NCBI RefSeq assembly: GCF_964355755.1
Contig: NC_092675.1
Coordinates: 3,219,812-3,283,811 of the forward strand
Direction: 5' to 3'
Source of the DNA: Antedon mediterranea
Taxonomy: Eukaryota; Animalia; Echinodermata
Length of the DNA stretch: 64,000 nt
How positions within the stretch are numbered: position 1 is the first letter of the stretch; each line of letters starts with the position of its first letter. Under the pieces are notes generated by a model. That model was not told where the DNA came from and ran no database searches. It saw only the letters and a program-made list of their open reading frames with translations. A program made the position numbers and the translations under genes. Positions 14,201 through 28,440 of this stretch are shown here, in pieces.

Positions 14201-16339
14201 TATACAAGAGTGTTAACAATTCAAGTCTATCCACGACCCCCCCCCCCCCCCATTTTGGTTGCAAAAGTTGTTAGACCTACCGAGATAAGAGCGAATTAAA
14301 AACTTTATTCCACGGAAAACAACATGATTATGAGCTACGCTACCATTAAACTAAGCAGCGAATAAACGATTATAATATCCACTCAATGTAATACCAACCT
14401 ATAGATTGCGAGTACATAATTTACAAGTACAGTATCGAATAGATGATTGTTTTCGCGTGAGAGTTAAATGATTTGTGAATAAGTTGATTTTCAATCAAAG
14501 CACACGCTGTTTATCAAAATCTCGAATATAAATACTTCACTATACTTTTTGGCGTTCCATATATCAAATGCGCGTACGGTTTTAACCGATAAAGTCGATA
14601 CTATTAGATAACCGCAAAACATATCTCGCTTAATTGAAATAGATCAATTTAATGAAATGAGGCCTGTATTTATCTTGTGCAATATATTATTGTTATTATT
14701 ATATTAATGACTAAATACACTACATAATCTTATAAATAGAATCATGTATTTTGTAATGAATTTCGTTTTAAAGCATCAGTTTTTTCTCTGTTTTAAATTT
14801 AATCTAATTAGCCTATAACAATCAGCAAATATGATTACTTTATCGTACCATCTTAATGTAACTCAATCATTTTCATTTTATGATATGTTGATGACCAGTG
14901 TTGTATTTTAATTTCTTTTTATTGTACTGACTTATTATTTTACCAATTTGATTGATAACGTGGTTCTGAAACATTTATTATTTTAAAATATTGTTATCAA
15001 ATCCACAATCAAATAAAATATTAGGCAAGTGTTTGAAAATTATAGAATTTTGGTTTCATTTAATCATTCGTTACAATATTACGATGGTTGAGCACAGGAT
15101 GGTACTCTCTACACACTATTAGGCTAGTGTATTTAGTTTTATCTTTAATAAGTCAGTCACTGGGTGAGTGACAAGTATAATATTTGCTGTGCGATCGCAA
15201 TGATATTTTCAGAATTTGATTATTATCAAATTATTACTTAATTATTTAGTTATTATAATGAAAATCTTAATTTAAGATACAATAATGTTGTACCTTAAAT
15301 TATTATTATAATATATATATAATATCGCTTATTTATTGTGTTTTATTTATTTTTTAATTGAATTTCCAAACATCTATGATTTTATTTACAGTAAAAAGTA
15401 ACTCACAATTAAAAATAAATTATAAAACGAAAACATCTATGGAGTGGTATGAAGTTAACTATCAGTTCATACTTTCCTTAGGCCTAGAAAGCGGAGATGT
15501 TATTCTATTTTGCTAACGTTTCGGCCTTTGGTTGTCATTTAAGACTGTCATATAACAGGCCTAGGTCTATGTTTGTATAGTAGTAGATCGATTTAAGCAT
15601 ACCAACGTTCGCTAGGCAGTCGAACGTAGGGAATCACCCAGCTATTTCCCGCTTCACTGACCTCATTAATCGTTGTTGTACGAGCGACGGGCCTAGACAT
15701 GGTGGCGCCGAAAAATCCCCCTGGTTAGACAGTATTATTAACACTAAGGTCTTCCCTCGTCTAGCCTAGTAGACTAGTCAATAGTCAACGACAATTAGCA
15801 GACAGGGATATCCCAATGAAAAAAAACCAAAACATTAAACAGAACTGCCAAATAAATGAGTTTAAAATGGAACATATTTGGAAAATATGACCTTCCTTTG
15901 TTTGGAAGCAAGATGGCGAGCTGAGAACCACCATAGTATGCAGACGATTATTTGCTGGACATTCATCGAATTTAATATTTCATCGTTGATTTAGTATCAT
16001 TTGCTTGATTAATTCACAGTGTACCGAGTTTCCAATAATTAAAGAAAGACAATAGTAAAACATGTACTTCGGATAATTAATTCTTATGCGATTAAATGAA
16101 AGAGTTGTCATTCTGAAGTGTCGACAGTAATATTTGTTTTCATTTAAATCTTGTCTTCTTGCAAAAATTAGAATAAAGAATACCATGAAACTAAATTATA
16201 CTGCCAAGTAACATTACGAATTTAAAATGTAGAATTTGTACAGAGGTCTACTGATTGATTTGTGAATCAGAATAATTGTGCTGATCTCCAAAGGAGAAAT
16301 TTATTTGCTCAGAGTTAAAACAATTAAAATATTACAATA

Positions 16340-16343
<4 letters not shown>

Positions 16344-16409
<66 letters not shown>
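16344..16409. repeat. (TA)n microsatellite, ~33 units
   Basis: Directly visible. Shorter (TA)n runs occur at ~46544-46568 and ~49314-49340. Confidence 0.95.
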
Positions 16410-16414
<5 letters not shown>

Positions 16415-19329
16415 TATCAAAAACTTTACATATTAATGGTTATTATAAAAAGTACGATAAAAGCAATAGATATAAAGAAAAGACATGCTCCAATAAATAT
16501 ATTTAGAAACACACCCCAATACTAACATACGTAAAAATTCATTTGCTTAGATTTAAAACAATTAAAAATATTGTCATTACTATAAAAACTTTGCACTCTA
16601 TCTTTTCCACTCTATGGTCTACTAAACATGTCTATAGACTAAAATTTTCACAATTTCTGAGATAACCATGTGTTTATGTCTAATTTTAGAAAGTACTTTG
16701 ATAGTTGACTCTATGAGTTGACCAACACGTTGAGTACCGCAATACAGTACTATACTAACAGAAATTTAATATCTGACTGAATCTGTTTACACAAGTTTTC
16801 ACACTAGAAATACAAATTCAATTGCAAAGAAGAAGCATATCAATAATTATTCGTCGGATAATATTTATATCAACCGTTTACATTGGTTTTCTAATAGCCA
16901 GAATGTTTGACACCATGCGGTGCAGTAACTCTGGCACCGTCGCAGTGTGATCCTGGGGTACATCCTCACCACGCCCTATTATAAGTCTGATCATATTTTT
17001 TAAATATATTAGGCTATTAAAATAATCGAATATTGATCAATTTTACACATAATCTATTCACTTATGCCTATTTATACTGGCATTCTTGTCCGTTTTTACT
17101 GACCCCTTGTGAAATGTGTGCATCCTTCACTTTTTCATAGCTGAATTTCCCTCAGTCAATGTACTATATTGTTTATAATGTGTAAATAGTATAGTATAGT
17201 TAATATACAATAGTTTAAACGATAATCATGCATCATTACCGTAGTATGTCTAAGCATGATTTCCTCTATGGTCTAAAGTATTAACAATATCAAATAATAT
17301 TATATTAAATAATGGTATACCGTTAATAATTTATATTCTATTTTGTGCTCAACGCGCTTAATTGTTTTGGCGGTACAATCTTACGGATGGTATGCGATAC
17401 TTATTCTGTAAATAAATTCACCATAAGCTCAATAATAAGTTCAATCTCACAACGGTTTGGTCAGTATATAAGGCAAGTCATCTGGGTCATTGAAGACTCA
17501 GGTATTCATGATGGTTTCACAGGTGAGGCGTTAATACACTTGTTTGTGGATGTTGTACAGGTAAAAATAAACACCTCACCTGGCCTAGGTAGGCAAAAGT
17601 TTACCGACTATATTACGCTGTATAATCTCTTATAAAAACACCTATTTCTATTCTTTGTATAGTACTTACCGTAGGCCTACTGTATATAGGGTAAATACAC
17701 AACAAAACGTTCCTGGCGCTTTCGTTTGATGATAAAGGACTTAGGTCGAGTTATTTGGTTCAAGTTAAATCTTCTTAACTATTCATTTTACCGGTAGGCT
17801 TGCTGTTTGAATAGTAAAAATGCCCTGAAAAAAAGAAAAGTTTCGAATTATACTCCAATAATTAATATGAGTTGGATGTATAAAATGGTTGAAATATAAA
17901 AATTTATTTAGTTTTGGACAGTATTTTAAATCTTTTAAATTTAGATGTACAATAAAACTCCTCATTATAGAATACCGTAGTTATAATTGTACGGTTTTAT
18001 AGTGTAATGCAAATATTCCCATAATACATTGTGTACTTTGGTCACTCCTTAGGCCTATAGCTTCAGTACATCTCCACGATATTATTATTGAGGTACTTTG
18101 TTTATACGGTTGAATCGTTTATGGTTAAGCATTATATAGCGTATTCCATATTTGTTTCTGATAGATTTTTGTTTTCAGTGTATTTCAACCAAAGGCAAAA
18201 TTATTGTCTTGTTTTAACACACACACACTTTACATATACTGTTCTAGGTCTAGGACCATAAATAATTTTTCGTATTCTTGACATTTTGACATTCTTATTT
18301 CTTATTTCTCTGACTGATGTATGTATATTGATCAATTTTCTTCAGGTTGTTATACGACTGTGATATAAATTATGAGTCGAAAGGGAAACTAAACTGATAT
18401 TTATGATTTATGAGACCAATACATGCATACCTAATCAAAGAAACCAAGGTGTGAAATAGTTATTACTTAGCTAACTTCATTGAAAATACCCCAGAAAAGT
18501 AAATCTAAAGGACAATACATGGTATATATTGAAAGCCCGCGAAATGAGAAATTTGCACGTAAACCAAACACACATCAAGCGTCATTATTTCGATTTTTCA
18601 CCCCAGCATCGTTGGCGGATCGTTATAGTCCGCGTCAGTCTTGGATCAACAACATACACACAATTGTAACATAATCAATGCATTCAGAGTCAATGTTTTC
18701 TATTCTGAGTCTTTCTTCTATCACCTGGTTGGTGTTATGAGTTTTGCCGGTGAAGCTTGTAACTGGTCTTGAATAAATCAACGGCTTGGTTCAAATCGAA
18801 GGCAGATAGTTAATACATTTCTACATTTATTCTAACATGATGAGCTAATTCAATTTCTTTTTATTTCGGAAATATCATCCATATTAATAAACTTATAAAC
18901 AGAAAAAGAAAAATCGTAAACTCTAAACTTAAGTATATAGAATGCTTCTCCATCTACAATACATTTTTGGAGTTATGGAGCATAAGTTTGCAAACACAAA
19001 CAACAAGGATGTTATCACTACTCAACATACGTTGCATGAAACCATAGGTATGATTTTCGCATGTACTCATCAAAGGAAGGGACACCATGTTCAATAATGA
19101 CTATAACTTTACATTAATATAAATGATAATAACAACACAGTTTACAATGCAATTTATTGGGAGTGGTATAAACGCATTGAATATAGTACTGTTTAAATGT
19201 GAAAAAGACGAAGATAAAGTTGGAAGCTATCAAATAAAATACTCTGTAACTGTAAGCTAAGTCAGCAGTAGCCATTACCTAATACAAAACATTTAAACTG
19301 CTTTAAATAAAGCAATTCACACTTTTTAG

Positions 19330-19401
19330 TGTGACTTTAAAGCATATAGTTTGACTTTAAAGCATCTATTGTGACTTTAAAGCATCTAGTGTGACTTTAA
19401 A
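19330..19401. repeat. 20-bp tandem repeat GTGACTTTAAAGCATCTAGT, ~3.5 copies
   Basis: Directly visible. Confidence 0.85.
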
Positions 19402-22297
19402 TGAAACAATCCATGCAAAAAACACCTCTTCTGATTGTTACTGTACACACAGGGGGTGTATGTGATATTCACTTTAACTAAGAAGAACTCTTTGTAAATA
19501 GCGATTGTTTGAATTGCAACTAAATACGTGGCCGATGGGATTAGTTAATTATAGCACAATACCAACGGTAATTAATCAAAGTATTTCAATTAAATCCAAC
19601 CTAACGTAATGAAAACTCAGATCAGACATCTTGGTCTAATGATCCGTCGTTGGACGGTGATGATGAAAATGAAAAATGTGTGTATGGTTTGCCTGTCTGC
19701 GTATAACATTGATTTATTTAATTGCATTTTAACTAAGAAATAACTTGTGGATTTGTAACGAAAAATATTTTTTCCTCATGTCCATAAATAATATTAAAAA
19801 AGTCTAAATGATAAAAAAAAAAGATGGTTGTGAAAATAGCCGATTCTCGGAACTGTATCTATAATTTGTACAGTGTATAAAAGGCAAATTATGTGATACA
19901 TAATCATATGTGACGCCTATCATAGTATATAAGCCTAACTATAATTTATAACATAATACAATACTACATGTGATACACATGTGATAGTGTATTACAGCAT
20001 TTGCCTATCACACTGCATAATTATAAAAATGCCATATGTGAAGAAACAGTTTACGGAGAATTATTAAGACTAGTATGATGATGATGATGATGATGCAACA
20101 TGGGGGATGGTTGATAATAATTGTGTGGATAACAATGATAATGATTATGATTTTGCCATTGATGCAATTATTTAAGATGACAATAAAAAAAATGATATAA
20201 GGACAATTTATGAAGAAGTTATTACTGTAATTATAATCTGACTGTTGATGATGATGTCGGTGGATGATGATTATAATGATAACGCAATTAAATCTATTAT
20301 ATTATTGGGGATAACGATGATGTTTTTGGTGTTACTGTTAATCAATTCCAACTTCCATTGTTTTGTTTGCACGTTTAAACTCCATTGTTCTTGTACCTTG
20401 TAGGCCTATAATTAATTCTATTAAAATACGTTTTTCTAACAATGGACCCACATCACCTGTGCTTTGTTTTAATTGAGCTTACTGACAGGGTATCAAAGCT
20501 GATTGTTAAACTTTACAAAATCACAAGAAATCTAGGCCTAGCCATTATCTAGCGCGCTTTCAGTAATTATCCACAGCGGGCTTTGTAAGCTACATCAACC
20601 AGAAAAAGTGTGCGTAATTCTATTACAATTTAATCCACAGTGTTATGTCGACTTTACAATTGAGGAGCTGTCACAGAGAAGTGTCATATTAATGACGAGG
20701 CCTTACCTTCCCAGGGTTCACTCGTAAAACATGTCTGACTCGTTTCTGTGTTTATTAATGTAATGTTACGAGTCGGAATGGTATGATGACGTTATGCGCA
20801 GTCGCGTAGCGGTGTCATCTTTAGATATGAAAGGACTTGGGGTTGGCGATCACAGGTGTTTAGTAAGTACTCAATATCTGTTCTGAACCTAATCCGTGTT
20901 GTTCTCCAGCATAAATTCGTGTTAAGAACAGATGTCAAGAAGAAATATTTTTTTTAGGCCTAATGCATTAATAAGTTTCGATTGTTCATTTGACTGTTGG
21001 ATAACATTTTGATCGATTGTTCAATATTTTTCATCAACACATATTACGTCAATATAATTAATTACGTAATGTATCTTAGTAATATACTGTACCGAAAACA
21101 TTCACCTCAAATAGGCCTAATAACATTAATTACTTAATTGATAAACACTAATAGGCCTATTGCTTAGAAGTAGGCTTACGGTATTGTACATTTTCTTGAT
21201 TCTTGAAATATCAAAGAAATAATGAGCTTTCAACGAAACCTGGTTAGATTTAACCGTTTTAAACGATTTGCGAACATTTTAATAATAAAAATAAATACTA
21301 AAAAAAATCTGCCATTTTTATCTCGTTATTTCTAACAGATTTTCAATAATAATGGCGAAAATGATAATTCAACACAATGAGCAATTGGAAAGAAAGGGAA
21401 AAATAACTATTTAGAGAGACATTTCAAAACGAATTGAAGAACCAATGTGCATACGAAGACAAAAAAGAAGATGATGAAGAGATATCTGAGAACTTCGAAC
21501 TGGTCAACAGTTTCGAAGAGAAAAAATAGAAACTGCTCAAGGTGGGTTACATCCACCACTGGAAGACATAAACTGTGATGATGACACAAAATCTAAATTA
21601 GTTTTTCCTTCCAATTTAATTTCAATAAAAAATGAAACTTCCTTGTTATGGTATTAAGTAGTGAAATGTCTTTATGAGTTTAGAGTTTTACTTAATGATT
21701 CAAACTTTTACTAAAAAGACTAAAGGAACTAAAACAACTTAAATCCTTAAGCACAAAATGAATTTTTGGTTGAATTTAACCATTTATATTTTGTCATTTT
21801 ATAAGTGAAAACATTTTTTTTTTCTTTTTTTTTCCTACGGAAGTGATTAACTTTATTAAAACTATACAAAATACATCGACATATTTTAATTAATTGTATT
21901 TTTAAAAATGTATATGAATGTAAATGTGGTTACTTCTTAACATCAAAATAATCTTAGTCTTATGTATATACTGTTCAAAAGATATGTATTTTTTTACCAA
22001 TGTACCTTATAAATAAGAGAATTATATAAATGTGCATATATACATATATTATTTATATTTATAGAACTATAATAAAAGTGGGACGAACCCACACAAGACA
22101 AAAAAAAAACTATACAAAATAACCTATTCAAAGTCTGATTTAATTAATCTTCGCTTTTCATGTTTTTGGGGACAATACATTAAGCATTACCTACATTATC
22201 ATTACATTAGTAAGCACAAAAATACATACAGTTGAGATACAGGGAGTGATTGGAAGAACAATGTAGATGAAATTAATTACTAGCTATATGACATGGA

Positions 22298-22427
22298 CTG
22301 CTTACTCTACACTATCAAACTTTAAAATGTAATGTGCCCATTATATGGACACGATGACGTCATATCATTGCCATATTTGGGCACATCACACTTTTATTGT
22401 CAAACTAGTTTGGCAGTGGCCTGAGCT
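22298..22427. mobile_element. Hairpin MITE, same family as 3796-4291
   Basis: CTACACTATCAAACTTTAAAATGTAATGTGCCCATTATATGG...CCATATTTGGGCACATCACACTTTTATTGTCAAAC...GAGCT-TTA; long internal inverted repeat. Confidence 0.65.
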
Positions 22428-23392
22428 TTAAGTATAGAATTTTTGTTTTGGTGTATTGCAGCAGTAATTGATATTTGCTATTTTTACGTCAATAGTATCA
22501 CAGATTGTGCAGTGATTGAGGGTAAATACACTTCTAATATAGTTTTAGTAGCTATTGTTACATAAACTAGCAGCGGGAGTATAATAGGAATTAATTTGTA
22601 ACGAGAATTGTCGCTAATAAAGCAATTTACTTTAAACTCGGATCAAGTTGTGTCAACTATAAACTAGAATAAGTACAGTAAATATAATAGCACTAGCGTT
22701 TACTAATCATAACTAATTGAATCGATAGTCTCTGGGATCATCAGCAGATTTAGATTTACTTCGTTCACTTCTCCGTCCTTTGTTGTTCAGCAGCATAGTT
22801 TTGTTTTGTATCTCGCAGAGAGTTATACAAAAGGTTTAGTAGCTGATTTATTTATAATACATAGTTATCTATAATATATATTAGGCCTATATTATGACGA
22901 CAATAAGTTATAAAATAAGGATTATTAATTTCACAAATAACTTTCTTCTTAAGAATGTTATATCTCTCTTAAATCCTTTATTTTAAACTATAATTTTTTT
23001 TTTTTACAAAACTATAATGTGTTGTTTTGTAAACTATAGTAATCATAATATAATAATGTCTACAGTCTACATCCAATAAATCCCAAAACATAATCCACAT
23101 GTATTTTAAGAGGCACTATATGTCAACAAATAATTATTAGTCCTCTCTCCATGACGGTTGTCACATTATGCTTTGTATTATTTTCTATTGTATTTATATG
23201 TTTCATATGGACAGTTTGTCTGAAATAAAGTTGAATTGAATTGAATTTATAACCTGTATAACGGTACCGGTACTGAAACTGTTATCATCGTATTTTCCTT
23301 TTTCCTTTCTCTATAAATTAAGTAGAGTTATATCAAAGAATATGAAAAATGTAAACAAGGAGACAAAATAAAATAATAAATTTTAAATTAGT

Positions 23393-23980
23393 AATTTTTT
23401 AACTAACTCTGAAATCCATTCGTATAACACAAGAGCATCACGGAATCTTCATCTTCCTCAACCTAAACTAACTAAAATGAAACATAACATTCGCTATAGT
23501 GGTTCTAAACTATTCAATAATCTACCTCCCGAAATTTCATCATCGTCCTCTAGCAAAATTTTCTCTTTTAAACTTAAAGATTATCCTATTTCAAATTATA
23601 ACTAATTGTTTTCTCTATTTTGTAATATTGTTTAACTTTTGAAACTTTTCAAAATTGCTTCCTTTTCTGTTGGTGTATGTGTGTGTGATGTATATGTGTA
23701 TGTGCAGTTATGTTTACATTTATATATATAAGTATATAATCTTACATGGCTTCCCAATATACAAGTTTTCAGTTGGATTTTTTTTTTCCAATTGATAGAT
23801 AACTTTCTTGGGTTTTTTGCCTCTTTCATTTTCAACTGAATCACCTTTTTCATACATTATGATTTACTTTATTATAACTCTAAAAATATATATATATAAA
23901 ATATCAGAAATTATAATTTTTTACTTCAATATGAATATGAAAGAAATAAATGTTTATTTGAATTGAATTGAATTGAATTG
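23393..23980 (+). mobile_element. 5'-truncated CR1/L2-group (Crack/Daphne-like) LINE 3' end
   Basis: From 23405 it translates to NSEIHSYNTRASRNLHLPQPKLTKMKHNIRYSGSKLFNNLPPEISSSSSSKIFSFKLKDYPISNYN*, with the HxYNTR...G.KL.N.LP ORF2 terminus. A 3' UTR, AATAAA and a (TTGAA)n tail follow. Confidence 0.8.
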
Positions 23981-26637
23981 ATCTACAAAACACAATAATT
24001 GTTAGAATAATATTCTATCAATAACACACGATGATAGAACTAGTAGACTTTACAACTGAATCAATTGAAACAATCTATAACCTTCTATTTAGAATTCATC
24101 AACATTATGGTAGGCTACTACGCATTTTCATTTTCAAAATAACTTTAACATTTTGTGCGTATTTTTTTAAGTTATTCTTATGTGACAAAGTTCATTTTTA
24201 GGATAACAAGATCATCTGAGCTCTATATTTGTGAGTCGTTTTGTAGTGTGTTTCTCTTGATATGAATTTATTTCAATATTAATGTGGGGTTTTTAAAAAA
24301 TTCTTGGATTGATCTATGCTCTAATCCAACAACATATAAGTAAACAAATTATTATCAAAGTGTAGCAGAGAGGAGAAAAATGTAAAGCTATAATTGTAAC
24401 AATAAATGCCTATAAATAATAGTTTGCGCATTTCCGCATTGATCAATTTTTATTTTTACTGCCAAGCCTTTCATTTGATGAGCATTTTCGAATTTAGGCG
24501 TTAATACCATCAAGTGATTTTAATTTAATATAAATACTGTATTTATTTATTTGCATTATTTTAACCATATTGTGGTATTAAAGTACCAACTTGAACTTTT
24601 GGCGACCATTAACCCTCAAGATCTTCTCTTATTCTCACAATAGTAACAGTTATGCATTGTTACTCTGAACCTCAAATAACATCCGGTATTTTGAATGCCA
24701 AATAATTTGTCCAAAACGCACGATTAACGACCAATTCCTATAAGTTACCATGCGGTATCACGTTACACGTATTTAACACTTTTGTGAAATGTACACCGAA
24801 TCCTAAATGAAAAACGCCTTTCTATTTGCGCAACAGCTCTTTATAAAGTCCTTTCAAAGATGTCGTTGCCATTTAAATTGTAATGAAATCTGTAAACAGT
24901 GAATTCACTACAAGGTATTATAGCTCGCAGGTGTGGCTGGCCCCTGTAGTTTCTTTGTTTCTGTTTGTAAAGTTTAACCATTCATTCATAAAACAGTAAT
25001 CAGACAGCATTGGATTTATAGTGCGTATAATTTCTAGGGAATCGAACTATCGGACATATCGTACCGAGTTGGTGCTGGTGGGCGCACATTTTCGATCAGT
25101 AGCGTGTGTTACCACAAAGGCGTTAAACGAATTGTCATAGCACTACAGGCGTTTTGTATAGATTTTTAAAAAACAACGCGTCCTCAGAAACGTTTATTAC
25201 AAGATTTGAACAGACGTTTTAGCTAATAACATTAGCGTAACTGTGAACACTATACCCCTTAACAGATGACAAATTATTTTTATTACGGATTTAGTAACAA
25301 TGTAGGACGAATTCATCAAATGCATTTCGGTAGAATTGTAATGTACCATTATTAAATCAACATTATCCTAGGTCACGTGACACCGTCCAGTTGTATGCGA
25401 AGCAAAGCAGGTCGCGATCTAACGCTTCTAAACTTGTTATATTATGTTATTAGAAATCATTGACTGATTTTAATAAACTAATAAATAGAGTATTATAATA
25501 AAAGTGTTAAAAATTCCATATCTGGATCCATGTTTATGTTGAATTGTTAAAATATGCATTAATAAAACAATAAAACAAACTATTTTAAAGAGATTAAGCA
25601 GTGTGAACATAACACACAAGATAAATAAAATCAAATATAACTAATATTGACCTAATTTTAAAATAAACAAATTACATTTTGTTGACGTTTAGGGAAAAAA
25701 CCTTAAGTTAACCACAAAAACGGATAATTATGCACACAGATTGTTATATAAATGGAAGAAATTCTACAATAAAAATTAATTAACAAGACCAAAAGGAACA
25801 TTTTATAACAAGTTTTGCAGTTAAACAATTTCGCCTGTAATTTTTGTAAATTATTCAATATATTACACAAGGCGTCTCAGATAACTAATACAACATTTCA
25901 AAACAAAAAACTAACAGAAACATCAATCATTAATCTTCCAGAATTAACAAGAAATTGTTGTATATAATAAAACAATAAAGCATTTTCACAAGTCGAAAGA
26001 AGAAGGGATACAAAATTAAAAATTTCACTTAAAAATTTAAAATTATACATTGCATGAAATAGTTGCTGCACGCGGAATAGGTATCCATATCAGGACTGAC
26101 GTCATCAGAATCATGTGTTGTACAAAACGCAGAGCTAGCGAAAATGATGAGAAGAAAATGCTGCTATCCGTCACATGGATCGTAAGGATAAGTAAGTATA
26201 TCATATTTATTAGATGTTTTATAATTAAATTATAAATTAAGTATCTGCAATCTTAACGAGCGTACACACCTATATCTAATTTGAGCGCTTTAATTAATTA
26301 TTATTGATAATTTACAAAGTCATTCACCTAAGATCGTTTAGTTGACAAATAAAATCAATTTTATTTCAAAGAAAACTTATGTTCATAGTTGTAACAATCG
26401 ATGAATTTCGTACTGTGTATCTTTAATGAAACAAATACGTTAATATGTAGTGTACACTTAAAAACTAATAATCAGGTATTGTGTCAAAGGATAATTGTTC
26501 TCACCGACAAATACCAATAATCGATCGATAAGCTGCGACAGTAGGCATGATAACTACAAGATACTTTTAGGAATCTTGTTGTTCCTAACATCTATTATAG
26601 TTTATAGCATTTTCAAGGAGTAATGTATTTAGATCAT

Positions 26638-26797
26638 GTGCACTTTAAAGAACATAGTACATCTTTCGAGACGAGTAGGGGTCGTGGACAGACGTATTGT
26701 CGCCGTAGTTGGCTGCCGATGTCACAATGGGACCCTTAGTGGAGCAGTAGCCTTCAACTATGAAGTTTGCTCCTTAAAATAGAAGAAGAGAAGAAGA
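26638..26797 (+). mobile_element. 5'-truncated SINE with Nin/Deu-like central domain
   Basis: GCACTTTAAAGAACATAGTACATCTTTCGAGACGAGTAGGGG resembles the Nin-SINE core as I recall it. It has a 3' hairpin GGAGCA...TGCTCC and a (GAA)n-like tail. Confidence 0.5.
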
Positions 26798-27908
26798 CGA
26801 TTAGGGGGCTTAGTCGATGGGAAGAGGACGTTAGAAAAGTCCAAAAGACGCATGTTTCATTTTCGAGCGAATGGAATAGAAGCCATCGCTTTTGTATAGT
26901 TATTAATACTATTTGATAATAATGTTGTTTATGGCGAAGGAAAAATGTTACGTTATCAAATAATATTTGTTGGAAGGAGATGATTTTTTTTAATATTATT
27001 AATACTGTTTATCGTTTTCGATTTTAGGCAAATACGGTACTGTAATGCGGTGTTTAAAATCATTTTGAAATTTGTTTTGTTTTAATAACACAAAATATTG
27101 ATTACGTAGTTTAATATTAATTATAGCTTTAATTGAAGTTATGGGCTATGAACTGATTTTAGAATTATCCCGGTAAAATTAGAATATTTCATTTTTTTTG
27201 GGCAATCAAGAAAAAGACGACGGAGTTTTGAAACTTTCAAAGCAAGTATATTAATACTTTTTTTCAAATGTAATATTTATAAATCTTAATTTAGATAAGG
27301 TTAATTTGGGACGAAAGTAACTCACAGTATAACCTAAACTCAGTTAACAATTAAGTTTAAAATATACAGCAAGTTTTCGATCTTTCTCCGGTGGATGCCC
27401 ATGTCGCAATTAATACAAGATTTGTTCCTGAATATATAGGTACATTTTTTTATATCTATATATAAATTTACGTAAGGGCAAAATTCGGTAAATCGCGCCT
27501 TACTTCTAGAATTTTTACTCGATGGTATATAAAGTTGGTTCGTACTTTCGGTACTGATTTTAACCACCTGATGTAACCCTGTTTACTAATTAAATTAAGT
27601 TAGATAATTAGTTACTGACGATTAAAACGAATTTAGGTTCAACGATTTGCCCCAAATAGGGGTGTTTTCCGATCGTGGTATACACTGTCTAATGGATGTC
27701 CATCTTGAAAAATACCCGCCACAAAAATGCGAGGAGGCTTCGCATTTTCCTATCTCCTCCTACGATAATTGTTTTTAATAGCTGAAAACCGGTTGAACAG
27801 TTCGAGTACAGCATCATAATGTTGAAGACAGGCCGATTTTCTTTAAAAAATACTATTTTGATACATTTAATATACGTTTTTACAAATGCATTGATTTGTG
27901 ATGAATGG

Positions 27909-28440
27909 AACATTCCAAATTATTTGGTTTAACCATACAGGTATAGATTTAGATTTATGGGCCCCCTTGGAGAATAAACATAAATAGTATTGCAATGCTG
28001 TACAATACTGTTAAGGTATTAACCACTTTTGATCGCAATTTGAATCGCAAATTTCTTACTGTGAGTGTTGGTACTGTTAGATGTAATATAAAAATATATA
28101 CAAATAAACTTTATTACTGTGAGTATGGGTAGGCCCTACTGTTAGATTATAAACATATAATATACAAATAAACATTCCAAATTATTTGGTTTAACCATAG
28201 AGGTATAGATTTAGATTTAGATTTATGGGCCCCCTTGGAGAATAAACATAAATAGTATTGCAATGCTGTACAATACTGTTAAGGTATTAACCACTTTTGA
28301 TCGCAATTTGAATCGCAAATTTCTTACTGTGAGTGTTGGTACTGTTAGATGTAATATAAAAATATATACAAATAAACTTTATTACTGTGAGTGTGGGTAG
28401 GCCCTACTGTTAGATTATAAACATATAATATACAAATAAA
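27909..28440. repeat. Recent tandem duplication, period 262 bp, 2 copies
   Basis: AACATTCCAAATTATTTGG... starts at 27909 and again at 28171. The copies are nearly identical; the second has an extra TTAGAT. Confidence 0.95.

Noticed and set aside
14237-14251. C15 homopolymer (possible G-quadruplex on the minus strand)
   Set aside because: It is an isolated homopolymer with no supporting context.
15505-15560. Minus-strand hammerhead-like end (…GGCCGAAACGTTAG)
   Set aside because: The CUGANGA/UUGANAA core is missing (it reads TTAAATGA) and stem II is poor; at most a decayed relic.
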